DNA of 64,000 nucleotides. Origin: Candidatus Poribacteria bacterium (lineage in GTDB: Bacteria; Poribacteria; WGA-4E; WGA-3G). The number at the start of each line of letters is the position of its first letter. Within the stretch, counting starts at the first letter, position 1. The DNA is taken from assembly GCA_963663765.2 (NCBI GenBank), contig CAXXUA010000003.1, positions 544,001-608,000 of the forward strand, written 5' to 3'. Positions 1-8,921 of the stretch are shown here, one piece after another. The translations under genes and the position numbers were made by a program. The notes under the pieces were generated by a model. That model ran no database searches and was not told the origin of the DNA. It worked only from the letters and a program-made list of their open reading frames with translations.

Positions 1-432
1 ACACCAATCCCACAATCACATATTGATGGATACAAGGAGATAAAACAACAAATAGACATCCCAATAACCATTCATTTCGGAAACCCAGATCCAGTTAAAG
101 CAATCCGAGCAAAGATGAACGATTCATTCATTATCGCATATCCCGACTCACGCGCTGCCAATGCAAAACGGGAAGCAATAATCTCTGATTCAGCACATCT
201 ACCTGTCTGGATACAGATAGTCGGGCTCGGTATCACAACATGTTATGTCATGCATCTCGCAGCAGTCATGCGTAATGCGACGATGCCATCAATTACACTA
301 AACGCATTGCGCGCCTTTGACATCGTTACACCCTCAACGATACCTCTTGAAAACGGATACGCAACCATACCCGACAAACCGGGTTTAGGCGTTGAACTGG
401 ACGAAGACACGTTAGACAACTGCCGATTTTGA
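1..432 (+). CDS. Mandelate racemase/muconate lactonizing (enolase superfamily) enzyme, C-terminal part; 5' end lies outside the window
   Basis: Frame is open from base 1 (TPIPQSHIDGYKEIKQQIDIPI...); ends with the family motif GYATIPDKPGLGVELDE. Confidence 0.75.
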   Translation, partial: TPIPQSHIDGYKEIKQQIDIPITIHFGNPDPVKAIRAKMNDSFIIAYPDSRAANAKREAIISDSAHLPVWIQIVGLGITTCYVMHLAAVMRNATMPSITLNALRAFDIVTPSTIPLENGYATIPDKPGLGVELDEDTLDNCRF

Positions 433-443
433 TAAGTATGTAT

Positions 444-1220
444 ATGAAAAAAATAACTTTATTTTTATCCCTAACAATTCTTATCCAATGCACTATTATT
501 ACCGCACATGCCGGAAAACTGGGATTAGTCAGCGCATGGCTTTTTGAAGAAAGAAACGGAACAGTAGCTAAAGATGTCGTCGGCAAGAATGATGGGGAAA
601 TAATAGGAAAATTAAGCTGGTTTACTTACGGAAAATTTGGAAGATGTCTGAGATTCTTAGGTAACGCTGATAGTTACCTACGCATTCCTCACAATGATGT
701 ATTCAACGCAGACCCCTACACATTCGTCGCTTGGGTCAAGTTAAAACCTGAATCATGGCAATATATCATCTGGAGAAACGGAGATGTGTGGCCCGAGCCC
801 AAAGAAAATCGCCACATAGATATATGGATACACGCCGATGGATTTCCAGTTTTCATGTGGACCGCTGGTAACAATAGTGGTCAAATTGATGGAAAAACCA
901 TTATCACTGATGATAAATGGCATCATATCGCTAAAGTCTATGATGGAAATAGTATAAAAATGTTCATTGATGGAATACTGGATACTGAAATGTCAAGTCA
1001 AGGCACACTGGATACAAATGAATCACCCATCTGGTTAGGTGCCAACCCTAACAACATCGCTGCAACCGGACTCTTCGACGAAGTCGGTTTCTTTACAAAT
1101 GTACTTACAAAGAATGAAATTAACGATGTCATGTCTATTGGATTAGCAGATTACGCCACTGTGGAAGCAACAGGAAAAGTTACAACAACTTGGGGCACAT
1201 TAAAAGGAGAAACAAAATGA
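444..1220 (+). CDS. Secreted LamG/concanavalin-like jellyroll protein
   Basis: Signal peptide MKKITLFLSL...; LamG motifs W.FEE..G, GKFG, WHHIA.VYDG..KMFIDG; tail GKVTTTWGTLK. Start may be 438 or 444. Confidence 0.85.
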   Translation: MKKITLFLSLTILIQCTIITAHAGKLGLVSAWLFEERNGTVAKDVVGKNDGEIIGKLSWFTYGKFGRCLRFLGNADSYLRIPHNDVFNADPYTFVAWVKLKPESWQYIIWRNGDVWPEPKENRHIDIWIHADGFPVFMWTAGNNSGQIDGKTIITDDKWHHIAKVYDGNSIKMFIDGILDTEMSSQGTLDTNESPIWLGANPNNIAATGLFDEVGFFTNVLTKNEINDVMSIGLADYATVEATGKVTTTWGTLKGETK

Positions 1221-1984
1221 AAACAACTATAATTAGTTTGACAATACTTGTCATCATCGCAACTTCTTATGCACACGCAGTAAAACTTGGATTAGCAAGC
1301 GCATGGTTATTTGAAGAAAATGGTGGAAATGTTGTCAAAGACATTGTCAGTGGTCACGATGGTGATATCAACGGGTCTTTGACATGGGTCAATGACGGTA
1401 AATTCGGCAAAGCTTTGGACTTCCCTGGACAGGGTGATAGTTATGTCCGTATACCTCATAACGATGTATTCAACGCTGACCCTTACACTTTTGTCGCATG
1501 GGTCAAGTTACAAGAAGCCTCATGGCAGTATGTTGTCTGGCGGAATGGTGATGTTTGGCCCGAACCAAAAAACGTACGCCATCTCGATATCTGGATTCAT
1601 GAAAATGACTTTCCAGTCTTTATGTGGCACGCCAACGGTGTAGAAGGACGAATTGAAGGTAGTACGATCGTTGCTGATGGTGATTGGCATCACATCGCCA
1701 AAGTTTATGATGGGCAAAATGTGCAAATGTTTATTGATGGAAAATTAGAAGGTGAAAGTCCGAGTGGTGGAACACTTGACACTAGTGAATCACCAATTTG
1801 GATCGGGGCACGTCCCGGTCCCGTCGCCGCAACTGGTCTCTTTGACGAAGTCGGTTTTTTTACACAAGCACTAACTCATGATGAAATCAACGACGTAATG
1901 TCTATCGGATTAGCAGAATACGCCGCTGTAGAAGCAACAGGAAAAGCAACAACAACTTGGGGATTACTAAAGTCTAAAAAGTAA
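1217..1984 (+). CDS. Secreted LamG/concanavalin-like jellyroll protein, tandem paralog of 444-1220
   Basis: RBS AAGGAGA at 1204-1210; ATGA overlap with the upstream stop; same motifs; tail GKATTTWGLLK. Confidence 0.85.
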   Translation: MKTTIISLTILVIIATSYAHAVKLGLASAWLFEENGGNVVKDIVSGHDGDINGSLTWVNDGKFGKALDFPGQGDSYVRIPHNDVFNADPYTFVAWVKLQEASWQYVVWRNGDVWPEPKNVRHLDIWIHENDFPVFMWHANGVEGRIEGSTIVADGDWHHIAKVYDGQNVQMFIDGKLEGESPSGGTLDTSESPIWIGARPGPVAATGLFDEVGFFTQALTHDEINDVMSIGLAEYAAVEATGKATTTWGLLKSKK

Positions 1985-2032
1985 TAGTCGCACGCACTAC
2001 GCGTGCATAAACAGAAATGGAGAATACGTTCT

Positions 2033-3451
2033 ATGCAAATGCATGTTGGTGGAAAATGGATTGACAAGTCAAATAAAATTGATGTCTTAAGTCCTTTTGA
2101 CGGTTCAGTTGTTGACACCGTTCCAAAAGGAGACGCAAGCGACGTTGAAACCGCTATTCAGACCGCAGAACGCGGCGCAAAGATCATGGCAGACCTAACT
2201 GGTTATGAACGTTATGAAATCTTACGAAAAGTCGCTGATTTGATGGTGGAAAAAGCAGGTGAATTGGCAGAAGTTATCACCCGTGAAGAAGGAAAAATAA
2301 TAGCCGAGGCAACCGGCGAAGCAACACGCGCTTCAGAAATCATCGCACTCTCTGCTGAGGAAGCAAAACGTCTAACAGGTGAAACAATCCCACTTGAAGG
2401 GGCACCTGGCGTAAAAAACAAACTTGGGTTCACTGTACGCGTACCTTGCGGTATCGTTGCTGGAATTAGTCCTTTCAACTTTCCACTACACCTTGTATGC
2501 CACAAAGCAGGTCCAGCAATTGCCGGTGGAAACGCTATCATCATCAAACCCGCAACGGATACACCCCTCTCTGCACTAAAATTAGTTGAACTCTTCTTAG
2601 AAGCAGGCACACCACCAGAAGCAATTCAGTGTGTTACAGGTCCAGGTGGTGAAATCGGTGATACACTCTGTGCAGACCGGCGCGTCAGAAAAATCACTTT
2701 CACTGGCAGCCGGGATGTCGGAGAACACATCTGTAAAGTTGCAGGATTAAAACGGGTCACTATGGAACTCGGCTCCAACTCGCCCCTCATCGTTATGCCC
2801 GATGCGGACCCAGAGAAGGTCGCACGTGCTGCAGCCGCATCAGGTTATTCCAACGCTGGACAAGTCTGTATCTCAACGCAACGTGTCATCGCTCACGAAA
2901 AAATATATGCGGATTTCTTGGATGCGTTCAAAGCAGAAGTTTCACAAATAGGCATCGGTAACCCACTGGAAGACGGAGTCCGTATGGGACCGATGATTAG
3001 AGAAGGAGACGCAACACGTGTCACCGAATGGATTAACGAAGCAGTATCAGATGGTGCAGAACTCCTCATGGGAGGCGAAAAACATGACCAGTTTGTCACA
3101 CCTGCAATCCTCGCAAACGTCAAACCTGAGATGAAAATCTCTTGTGATGAAATCTTCGGGCCCGCTGTCGGTGTGACGCGTGTCAACGACATTGACGAAG
3201 CAATTGCACTCGCAAACGACACGAACTACGGCTTAAGTGCAGCCATCTTCACACAAAACATTGATTGGGCAATGCGGTTTGTCCGTGAAGTTGATTCTGG
3301 TAACCTCATGGTCAACTGGGGTACACAGTGGCGCGCAGACCTTATGCCTTATGGTGGTGTGAAAGAAAGCGGGATGGGAAAAGAAGGTCCAAAATACGCC
3401 ATTGAAGAAATGACTGAACTCAAAATGGCTGTCTTCCACTTGGATAATTAG
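2033..3451 (+). CDS. NAD(P)-dependent aldehyde dehydrogenase
   Basis: Motifs PFNFPL, KPA, FTGS, MELGSN, GQVCIS (catalytic Cys), EIFGP, YGLSA, PYGGVKESG; RBS GGAGA before ATG 2033. Confidence 0.95.
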   Translation: MQMHVGGKWIDKSNKIDVLSPFDGSVVDTVPKGDASDVETAIQTAERGAKIMADLTGYERYEILRKVADLMVEKAGELAEVITREEGKIIAEATGEATRASEIIALSAEEAKRLTGETIPLEGAPGVKNKLGFTVRVPCGIVAGISPFNFPLHLVCHKAGPAIAGGNAIIIKPATDTPLSALKLVELFLEAGTPPEAIQCVTGPGGEIGDTLCADRRVRKITFTGSRDVGEHICKVAGLKRVTMELGSNSPLIVMPDADPEKVARAAAASGYSNAGQVCISTQRVIAHEKIYADFLDAFKAEVSQIGIGNPLEDGVRMGPMIREGDATRVTEWINEAVSDGAELLMGGEKHDQFVTPAILANVKPEMKISCDEIFGPAVGVTRVNDIDEAIALANDTNYGLSAAIFTQNIDWAMRFVREVDSGNLMVNWGTQWRADLMPYGGVKESGMGKEGPKYAIEEMTELKMAVFHLDN

Positions 3452-3473
3452 TAATGAGATATTTTGAATTTAA

Positions 3474-3506
3474 CACATTAGGTGCTTGATTCCAGCACCT
3501 AATGTG
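3474..3506 (+). terminator. Stem-loop after the aldehyde dehydrogenase gene, probable terminator
   Basis: 13-bp perfect stem CACATTAGGTGCT/AGCACCTAATGTG with a 7-nt loop; no clear U-tract. Confidence 0.5.
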
Positions 3507-3552
3507 ATAGGAAAACAGATTCTCCTTACAAGGTCTAATACCCAAATAACGT

Positions 3553-3921
3553 CAGGACTTACGCAGTTTTCATGATCCAATCAAGAATTAAGACGAAAAC
3601 GATGTAATTTTCAGCATTTTTTTGGTTTCCGGCGCGCTTACAAAGCACGTCTACCATTGGGGGCGCGCATACAAAGCACCAAATCAACGGTATGAATGCC
3701 ATTTAGGCATTCCCCGCCTACCATTGGGGGCGCGCTTACAAAGCACCAAATCAACGGTATGAATGCCATTTAGGCATTCCCCGCCTACCATTGGGGGCGC
3801 GCTTACAAAGCACGCCTACCATTGGGGCGCGCTTACAAAGCATCAAATCAAGAAATCAAGAAATCAACGGTATGAATGCCATTTTGGCATTCCCCGCCTA
3901 CCGTTTAATGCGTAAGTCCTG
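3553..3921. mobile_element. MITE family A (TIR CAGGACTTACGCA) with an expanded internal REP array
   Basis: 13-bp TIRs; 5-bp direct repeat AACGT at 3548-3552 and 3922-3926; about five copies of GGCGCGCTTACAAAGCACGCCTACC inside, three interrupted by a 36-bp element. Confidence 0.85.
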
Positions 3922-3960
3922 AACGTAATCCGTTTTGGTAGGTGAGGTATCCTAACCGTA

Positions 3961-4137
3961 ATAAAAGTGTCAATTTAAGAAAAAAGTGTTGGTGTTTCTA
4001 TTGTGGGAGGGGTTTTCAACCCCGATTTGAGAGGAAAAGCGCATAAAATCCAAATCAACGTCAGAAGCGCGTTTGGCTTCTGTCGGGGTTGAAAACCCCT
4101 CCCACAATACGTCAAAATACTTAAATTGACGCTTATG
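3961..4137. mobile_element. Degenerate IS231-like-ended MITE carrying a REP doublet, inserted in a GTAGGTGCGG-type REP
   Basis: Ends GTGTCAATTTAAG...CTTAAATTGACGCTTATG; internal inverted pair GTGGGAGGGGTTTTCAACCCCGA/TCGGGGTTGAAAACCCCTCCCAC; imperfect flanking duplication of about 16 bp. Confidence 0.6.
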
Positions 4138-4250
4138 GTGTGGTTACCTAACCGCATTTGTCTTCAACAGAACAAGGTAAATCCTGTTAATATGATATGA
4201 TAGGATAGGATCACTTCAAATTAGTTTTGTTCTATCGTTCGGGATCTTTT

Positions 4251-4400
4251 TCAGTCTTGGTCTTTCTCACGATTACCGATTAACTTATCCAAATGATCGC
4301 TAATCTCACCAATCGTCTTATATATTCGGTCTAACGCTAATGTAATACCGAGCAATCCCATTGAAAGCACTACAATTCCAATACCAACTACAATTTCCAT
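4251..4400 (-). CDS. Small single-pass membrane protein (49 aa), below the ORF-track cutoff
   Basis: MEIVVGIGIVVLSMGLLGITLALDRIYKTIGEISDHLDKLIGNREKDQD*; AAGGAG upstream. Confidence 0.55.
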   Translation of the reverse strand: MEIVVGIGIVVLSMGLLGITLALDRIYKTIGEISDHLDKLIGNREKDQD

Positions 4401-4435
4401 TTCAACACATTACTCCTTACTGATGAAAACTCTCA

Positions 4436-4648
4436 CAGGACTTACGCAGTTTTCATGATTTAATGAAGAATTATGACAAAAATGGTGTAATTTTCAGCAT
4501 TTGTTCGGTTTCCAGCGCGCTTACAAAGCGCGCCTACCGTTAGGTGCGTAATACCGAATTAACGTGAGTCGTCTTGCTAAGTGTGCGGTTAGGAAACCGC
4601 ACCTACCGTTGGAAAAAGATAAATTACGTTAATTTGGTATAAGTCCTG
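4436..4648. mobile_element. MITE family A copy with an 88-bp second MITE (4552-4639, TIR TACCGAATTAACGT) nested in its right TIR
   Basis: TCTCA duplication at 4431-4435 and 4649-4653; nested element is flanked by TAA/TAA and contains REP GTAGGTGCGGTTTCCTAACCGCAC (minus strand). Confidence 0.8.
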
Positions 4649-4662
4649 TCTCAAATTGATGT

Positions 4663-5469
4663 TTACCACTGCACTTGACAGAATTCCTCGTAATCAATTA
4701 GTTCCGTTATCGTCCGATTCTCACCACACATTGCACAATCATCTTGTTGACGGAGTTTCAGTCGTTTGAAGTCCATTGACAAAGCGTTAAAAAGAAGGAG
4801 GGTACCAATCAAAGATTCACCAATGTCAAGCAGGATTTTTATTGCTTCAACAGCTTGAATTGTACCGATGATACCGGGTAACACACCGAACACACCAGCC
4901 TCTTGACAGTTTGGCACCATGCCTGGTGGTGGCGGTTCAGAAAATATGCAGCGATAACACGGCCCCTTCCCAGGATAAAGCACGGTGACTTGTCCCTCAA
5001 ACTGAGAAATGCTACCATGCACAATCGGCTTACCAAGCATCACGCACGCATCGTTCAGCAGATAACGTGTAGGAAAATTGTCACATCCATCCACAATCAG
5101 ATCGTACTGTTCCAGCAACGTAAAAGCATTCTCAGAACTGATACGATCATTGTGCGGGATAACCTTTACATCCGGATTCATCTCAGCAATCGTTGCTGCT
5201 GCAGACTTCGTTTTTGGTATACCGATATCACTTGTACCATGCAGTATCTGACGTTGTAGATTGCTGAGGTCAACCACATCGTCATCCACAATACCGAGTG
5301 TGCCAACTCCCGCGGCAGCAAGGTAAACACCGATAGGCGAACCGAGACCTCCTGCACCAATTAGCAACACTTTGGACTCAAGCAGCTTCGTCTGCCCCAT
5401 GCCACCGACTTCATCAAGAATAATATGGCGACTATATCGCTCAATCTGTTCGTTGGTAAAATTATACAT
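4663..5469 (-). CDS. moeB: MoeB/ThiF family sulfur-carrier adenylyltransferase (no rhodanese domain)
   Basis: ERYSRHIIL, GAGGLGSP, SNLQRQ, DGCDNF.TRY, CYRC, GVLPGIIG, C-terminal CxxC; start 5469 with RBS GAGGA. Confidence 0.88.
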   Translation of the reverse strand: MYNFTNEQIERYSRHIILDEVGGMGQTKLLESKVLLIGAGGLGSPIGVYLAAAGVGTLGIVDDDVVDLSNLQRQILHGTSDIGIPKTKSAAATIAEMNPDVKVIPHNDRISSENAFTLLEQYDLIVDGCDNFPTRYLLNDACVMLGKPIVHGSISQFEGQVTVLYPGKGPCYRCIFSEPPPPGMVPNCQEAGVFGVLPGIIGTIQAVEAIKILLDIGESLIGTLLLFNALSMDFKRLKLRQQDDCAMCGENRTITELIDYEEFCQVQW

Positions 5470-5470
5470 A

Positions 5471-6049
5471 CTATCCTCTAAGATTGGAGAGAAGTTCTGA
5501 AATCGGCTTTTCGGAATTCGCAGAGATTCGCACAGCAAAACGTTCACGCGCATCCTCTGAAGTGCGTTCTATCTTGAAACCATCATTACCATACATCTGT
5601 TGTAACATAGGTTCAAGGTCTGCCTGAATGGCTGCTGCAGTATCCGCAGTATTTGGAGCAAGGTTGCGATTGTTTATCATAAATAAAATGTCAGAAACAT
5701 TGAATTGGATAGCGTTTTCCAATTCCGCCGATGCTTCAAGAAGCTCACATTTTGATAGCACTTCCGTGAATGCTTGACGAATCTTCTCGGCATTTTCACC
5801 ATCCACTTCATGTTTCCGGTTGTAAAGAAATCCCGGTTCATGAAATGCGTTGTCAATGCTATAATTCGCTTGCTTCAAAATCAATAACACACCCGGACCA
5901 GCATCCACATGCGAATAGTCCGCATAGTTCAAATAATCATCAGAATCTGCCTCCTCCATCCAGCGGTTGAAGACTTTGATGAAGTTCGTATAGTTGACCG
6001 TACTATCTTCGGTCACAAAAACCTTAATATTTATCTGCTGTAAATCCAT
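5471..6049 (-). CDS. Hypothetical protein, co-transcribed with moeB
   Basis: 192-aa ORF with RBS AAAGGA; motif ADYSHVxxGPGVLL; ends 2 bp before the moeB start. Confidence 0.75.
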   Translation of the reverse strand: MDLQQINIKVFVTEDSTVNYTNFIKVFNRWMEEADSDDYLNYADYSHVDAGPGVLLILKQANYSIDNAFHEPGFLYNRKHEVDGENAEKIRQAFTEVLSKCELLEASAELENAIQFNVSDILFMINNRNLAPNTADTAAAIQADLEPMLQQMYGNDGFKIERTSEDARERFAVRISANSEKPISELLSNLRG

Positions 6050-6121
6050 TCGATGAAACGTTCCTTTCGTGAAAAGACTGTTAGATAGAGGAGCCTACCT
6101 GGGGTAAAAAATAAGAATCAA

Positions 6122-6367
6122 TCATGCAAGCGATAATTCACTAACGTTTTGTCCATCAACACTTACAACGGTAACATCCTCCGCATCTATCCAAAAAACC
6201 TTACCCGCACTATCGCATACACAAACCATAGCATATTGTCCTTCGTCTACTTCAGCCATCAAATTCCCTAAAAAGAAATGGGGTTTTTTGGACTGAAATG
6301 CACCGAATCCTGTACCGAGTAAGCAATAAGTTTTGCTTGTCGTGTCATGTCTTACAATCGTTGCCAT
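6122..6367 (-). CDS. Hypothetical protein
   Basis: 81-aa ORF with RBS AAAGGA, in the same orientation as its neighbours. Confidence 0.65.
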   Translation of the reverse strand: MATIVRHDTTSKTYCLLGTGFGAFQSKKPHFFLGNLMAEVDEGQYAMVCVCDSAGKVFWIDAEDVTVVSVDGQNVSELSLA

Positions 6368-6400
6368 ATATATTCCTTTAAGTATTATTTTCTAAGGTAT

Positions 6401-6700
6401 TTAACTTGGAACCCATATCTTTTTCGCTTGTACTACTTCAGCATCGGACGGTAACTTAATGGGTACTTCCGATTTACAATAGAAGTGCAGCCCCTTGTAG
6501 TTCGTAAGGTACTGATGGTTTTTTGTAAAAACACCACCCAATGCTGTCACAACAAGTGGTGCTTCACTCTTTGACATAATTTTCATAAACTCCTCTGGTT
6601 CAAGCCGAATGATTGCTCCAGAGGCTTTGATAGCCTGTACAATCGCTGCGGCAGCAGCCGTTGAACCACCCGCAGCAACACCTGCTTCTGCACCTGTCAT
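6401..6700 (-). CDS. Hypothetical protein with an Ala/Gly-rich N-terminus
   Basis: MTGAEAGVAAGGSTAAAAAIVQAIKASGAII...; start chosen at ATG 6700. Confidence 0.65.
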   Translation of the reverse strand: MTGAEAGVAAGGSTAAAAAIVQAIKASGAIIRLEPEEFMKIMSKSEAPLVVTALGGVFTKNHQYLTNYKGLHFYCKSEVPIKLPSDAEVVQAKKIWVPS

Positions 6701-6842
6701 GAGTATACACCCCACTGTTATGCTATAAGTTATTACATAGGCAAAAACAACATCACACTCTGATTCTTTATTATAATGCAAGTTGATAGTTAAGTCAATT
6801 CTTATTTCTCATCACTTCCCTATTCAATACATCTTAAAATAT

Positions 6843-6961
6843 CAGGGTTATTCAGTTTTAGGTAATTTAGCTGTTTCGTGAGAAAATCGCGGCCGGGAGG
6901 TCGCTCCTACCGGGTGGTTATTTTTTTAAAATTCAATTATTAGGAAAACTGAATAACCTTG
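6843..6961. mobile_element. MITE family B (ISAs1-type TIR CAGGGTTATTCAGTTTT) carrying a REP hairpin
   Basis: TIRs of about 17 bp; 9-bp direct repeat TTAAAATAT on both flanks; central GTAGGAGCGACCTCCCGG.CGCGAT on the minus strand. Confidence 0.85.
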
Positions 6962-6969
6962 TTAAAATA

Positions 6970-6998
6970 TTGATAAAAAACACATATTTTGCTAAATT
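6970..6998 (+). promoter_or_regulatory. Putative sigma70-type promoter for 7032-8891
   Basis: TTGATA-17 bp-TAAATT with an extended TG. Confidence 0.45.
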
Positions 6999-7031
6999 AA
7001 ACCATCACACATTTTCAAAAAGGAGCAATGT

Positions 7032-8072
7032 ATGTTAAATTGGGGAGTTATAGGAGCAGGTGGCATCGCTTACGTATTCTGTAACGGAATGCGTTTTACC
7101 GACACAGGTCAAATCTGCGCAATGGCAAGCCGCACAAAAAATAAGGCAGACAGATTCGTCAATGACTTTGAAATTCCACGCCAATACAGTACCTACGAAG
7201 AACTCTTAGCAGACGACGAAATTGACGCAGTTTATATCGCTACAATACACCCACTCCACGCGGAGTTGGCAATCAAAGCTGCCAAAGCAAAGAAACATAT
7301 TCTGGTAGAAAAACCGATCAGTATGAGTCACACCGAAGCAACAGCAATGGTTGACGCTGCCCGTGAAAATGACGTATTTCTGATGGAGGCATTTATGTAC
7401 CGTTGCCACCCGCAAATACAGCGCATGGTGGAACTCATACAAGATGGAGAAATCGGGGAAGTCCGCTATATCCGATCTACATTCGGATTTCAATCTAACT
7501 TCAATCCACAAAGCCGTCTTTTCAATCGTGAAATGGGAGGTGGTGGTATCCTGGACATCGGATGTTATACTGCATCAATGGCACGAAAAGTCGCTGGGGC
7601 AGCCGCAGGTGAGTTGTTCTTAAATCCGATCTCGGTCAAAGCAAATGGAAAAGTAGGGCCCACAGGGGTTGACCATATCACAACCGCGACACTCAAATTT
7701 GAGAACGATATTATCGCTGAAATAGCAACTGCAGTGGAGTGTAACCTCGGCAGCAGCACTACCATCATCGGTTCTGGTGGAACGATAACGATCCCAAATC
7801 CATGGCTACCATCATCACCATGCCGCGGCGCACGTAAACCTTTGCCACCAGATACAACTATTCCACCAAGTCAAATAGTCCTAAACTCCTATCAACGTAG
7901 AGAAACAACCGAGATCACCATTGAAGCAGACAGAGACCTCTTTACCTACGAAGCAGACATGGTCGCGAACCATATCTCACAACGACAAGCACCGGCAATG
8001 TCATGGGACGACACACTCGGAAATATGCTACTATTAGACAAATGGCGTGACGAAATCGGTGTTGCGTATTGA
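7032..8072 (+). CDS. Gfo/Idh/MocA family oxidoreductase
   Basis: WGVIGAGGIA, AVYIAT, EKP, EAFMYR.HPQ, GGGILDIGCY; RBS AAGGAG. Confidence 0.93.
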   Translation: MLNWGVIGAGGIAYVFCNGMRFTDTGQICAMASRTKNKADRFVNDFEIPRQYSTYEELLADDEIDAVYIATIHPLHAELAIKAAKAKKHILVEKPISMSHTEATAMVDAARENDVFLMEAFMYRCHPQIQRMVELIQDGEIGEVRYIRSTFGFQSNFNPQSRLFNREMGGGGILDIGCYTASMARKVAGAAAGELFLNPISVKANGKVGPTGVDHITTATLKFENDIIAEIATAVECNLGSSTTIIGSGGTITIPNPWLPSSPCRGARKPLPPDTTIPPSQIVLNSYQRRETTEITIEADRDLFTYEADMVANHISQRQAPAMSWDDTLGNMLLLDKWRDEIGVAY

Positions 8073-8117
8073 CATCGATAACAGTAAACCAAATCACAAC
8101 AAAACCGGAAAAATACT

Positions 8118-8891
8118 ATGCTACCAATATGTTACGACCCTTATGTAGGTACATTAGGAAGATTTTCACGTGCAGAAATCTTTGACCTCGTCGCTGATGC
8201 AGGATACGAAGGCATTAACATTCCTGTCAATACAGCTTTTCTCGGTAAACTTTCAACCGCAGAAATAAAGGACGCAGTGAAACTCGCTCAGAAGCACAAC
8301 CTCATCGCTCCCACAATAGGTTTTGGAAACCATATCTTGACAACACCTACGCAAAAAGATGCAGCACTAAAGCATTTTGCAACCGTGCTTGAAGTGGCAC
8401 GTCAGTTTAACGCAGAGATTATCGGTGTTTGGGTGAATCCATCACAAGGTGTGTCGCGTCAAGACTCTTTGGAAACACTTGCAGAGAACTTGTCTCAAAT
8501 GCTCCCACCATGTCAGGAACACAACATCAAAATTGCTCTTGAATTCCAAAAGGGATGTCCTCTTGATAACTATAGAGAAGCTGTTACATTTATTTCAGAT
8601 ACCGACTTACCTGTTTATTTGACATGCGACACCTACCATCTATTCAACGACGGTGCAGATCCGCATGCTGCAGCATTCACTATGCAGGAGTGTTTGGGAG
8701 ATGTTCATATATCAGGAAGCAATCGTAGTGAACCATGGAGCGGAATATTTGACTTTGAGACCTTCGCAAAAGGTTTGAAGGAGATCAACTATACAGGACC
8801 CTTGGTCATCCAGTATAAAATGGAAGATGTTGCAAGCATAAAACGTAGTTGTGAATTCACACAGCAGTTTCGCGAGATGATGCAATCATAA
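8118..8891 (+). CDS. Sugar-phosphate isomerase/epimerase (xylose-isomerase-like TIM barrel)
   Basis: AGYEGI, IALE, DTYHL, VHISGSNR, LKEINYTGPLVI. Confidence 0.85.
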   Translation: MLPICYDPYVGTLGRFSRAEIFDLVADAGYEGINIPVNTAFLGKLSTAEIKDAVKLAQKHNLIAPTIGFGNHILTTPTQKDAALKHFATVLEVARQFNAEIIGVWVNPSQGVSRQDSLETLAENLSQMLPPCQEHNIKIALEFQKGCPLDNYREAVTFISDTDLPVYLTCDTYHLFNDGADPHAAAFTMQECLGDVHISGSNRSEPWSGIFDFETFAKGLKEINYTGPLVIQYKMEDVASIKRSCEFTQQFREMMQS

Positions 8892-8921
8892 ATCGTAAGA
8901 TTTTCTCGGTTCCTTCAATTG

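Noticed and set aside
3625-3905. CRISPR-like repeat/spacer pattern of 25-bp repeats and 36-bp inserts
   Set aside because: The 36-bp inserts are copies of one element placed inside the repeat, not unique spacers.
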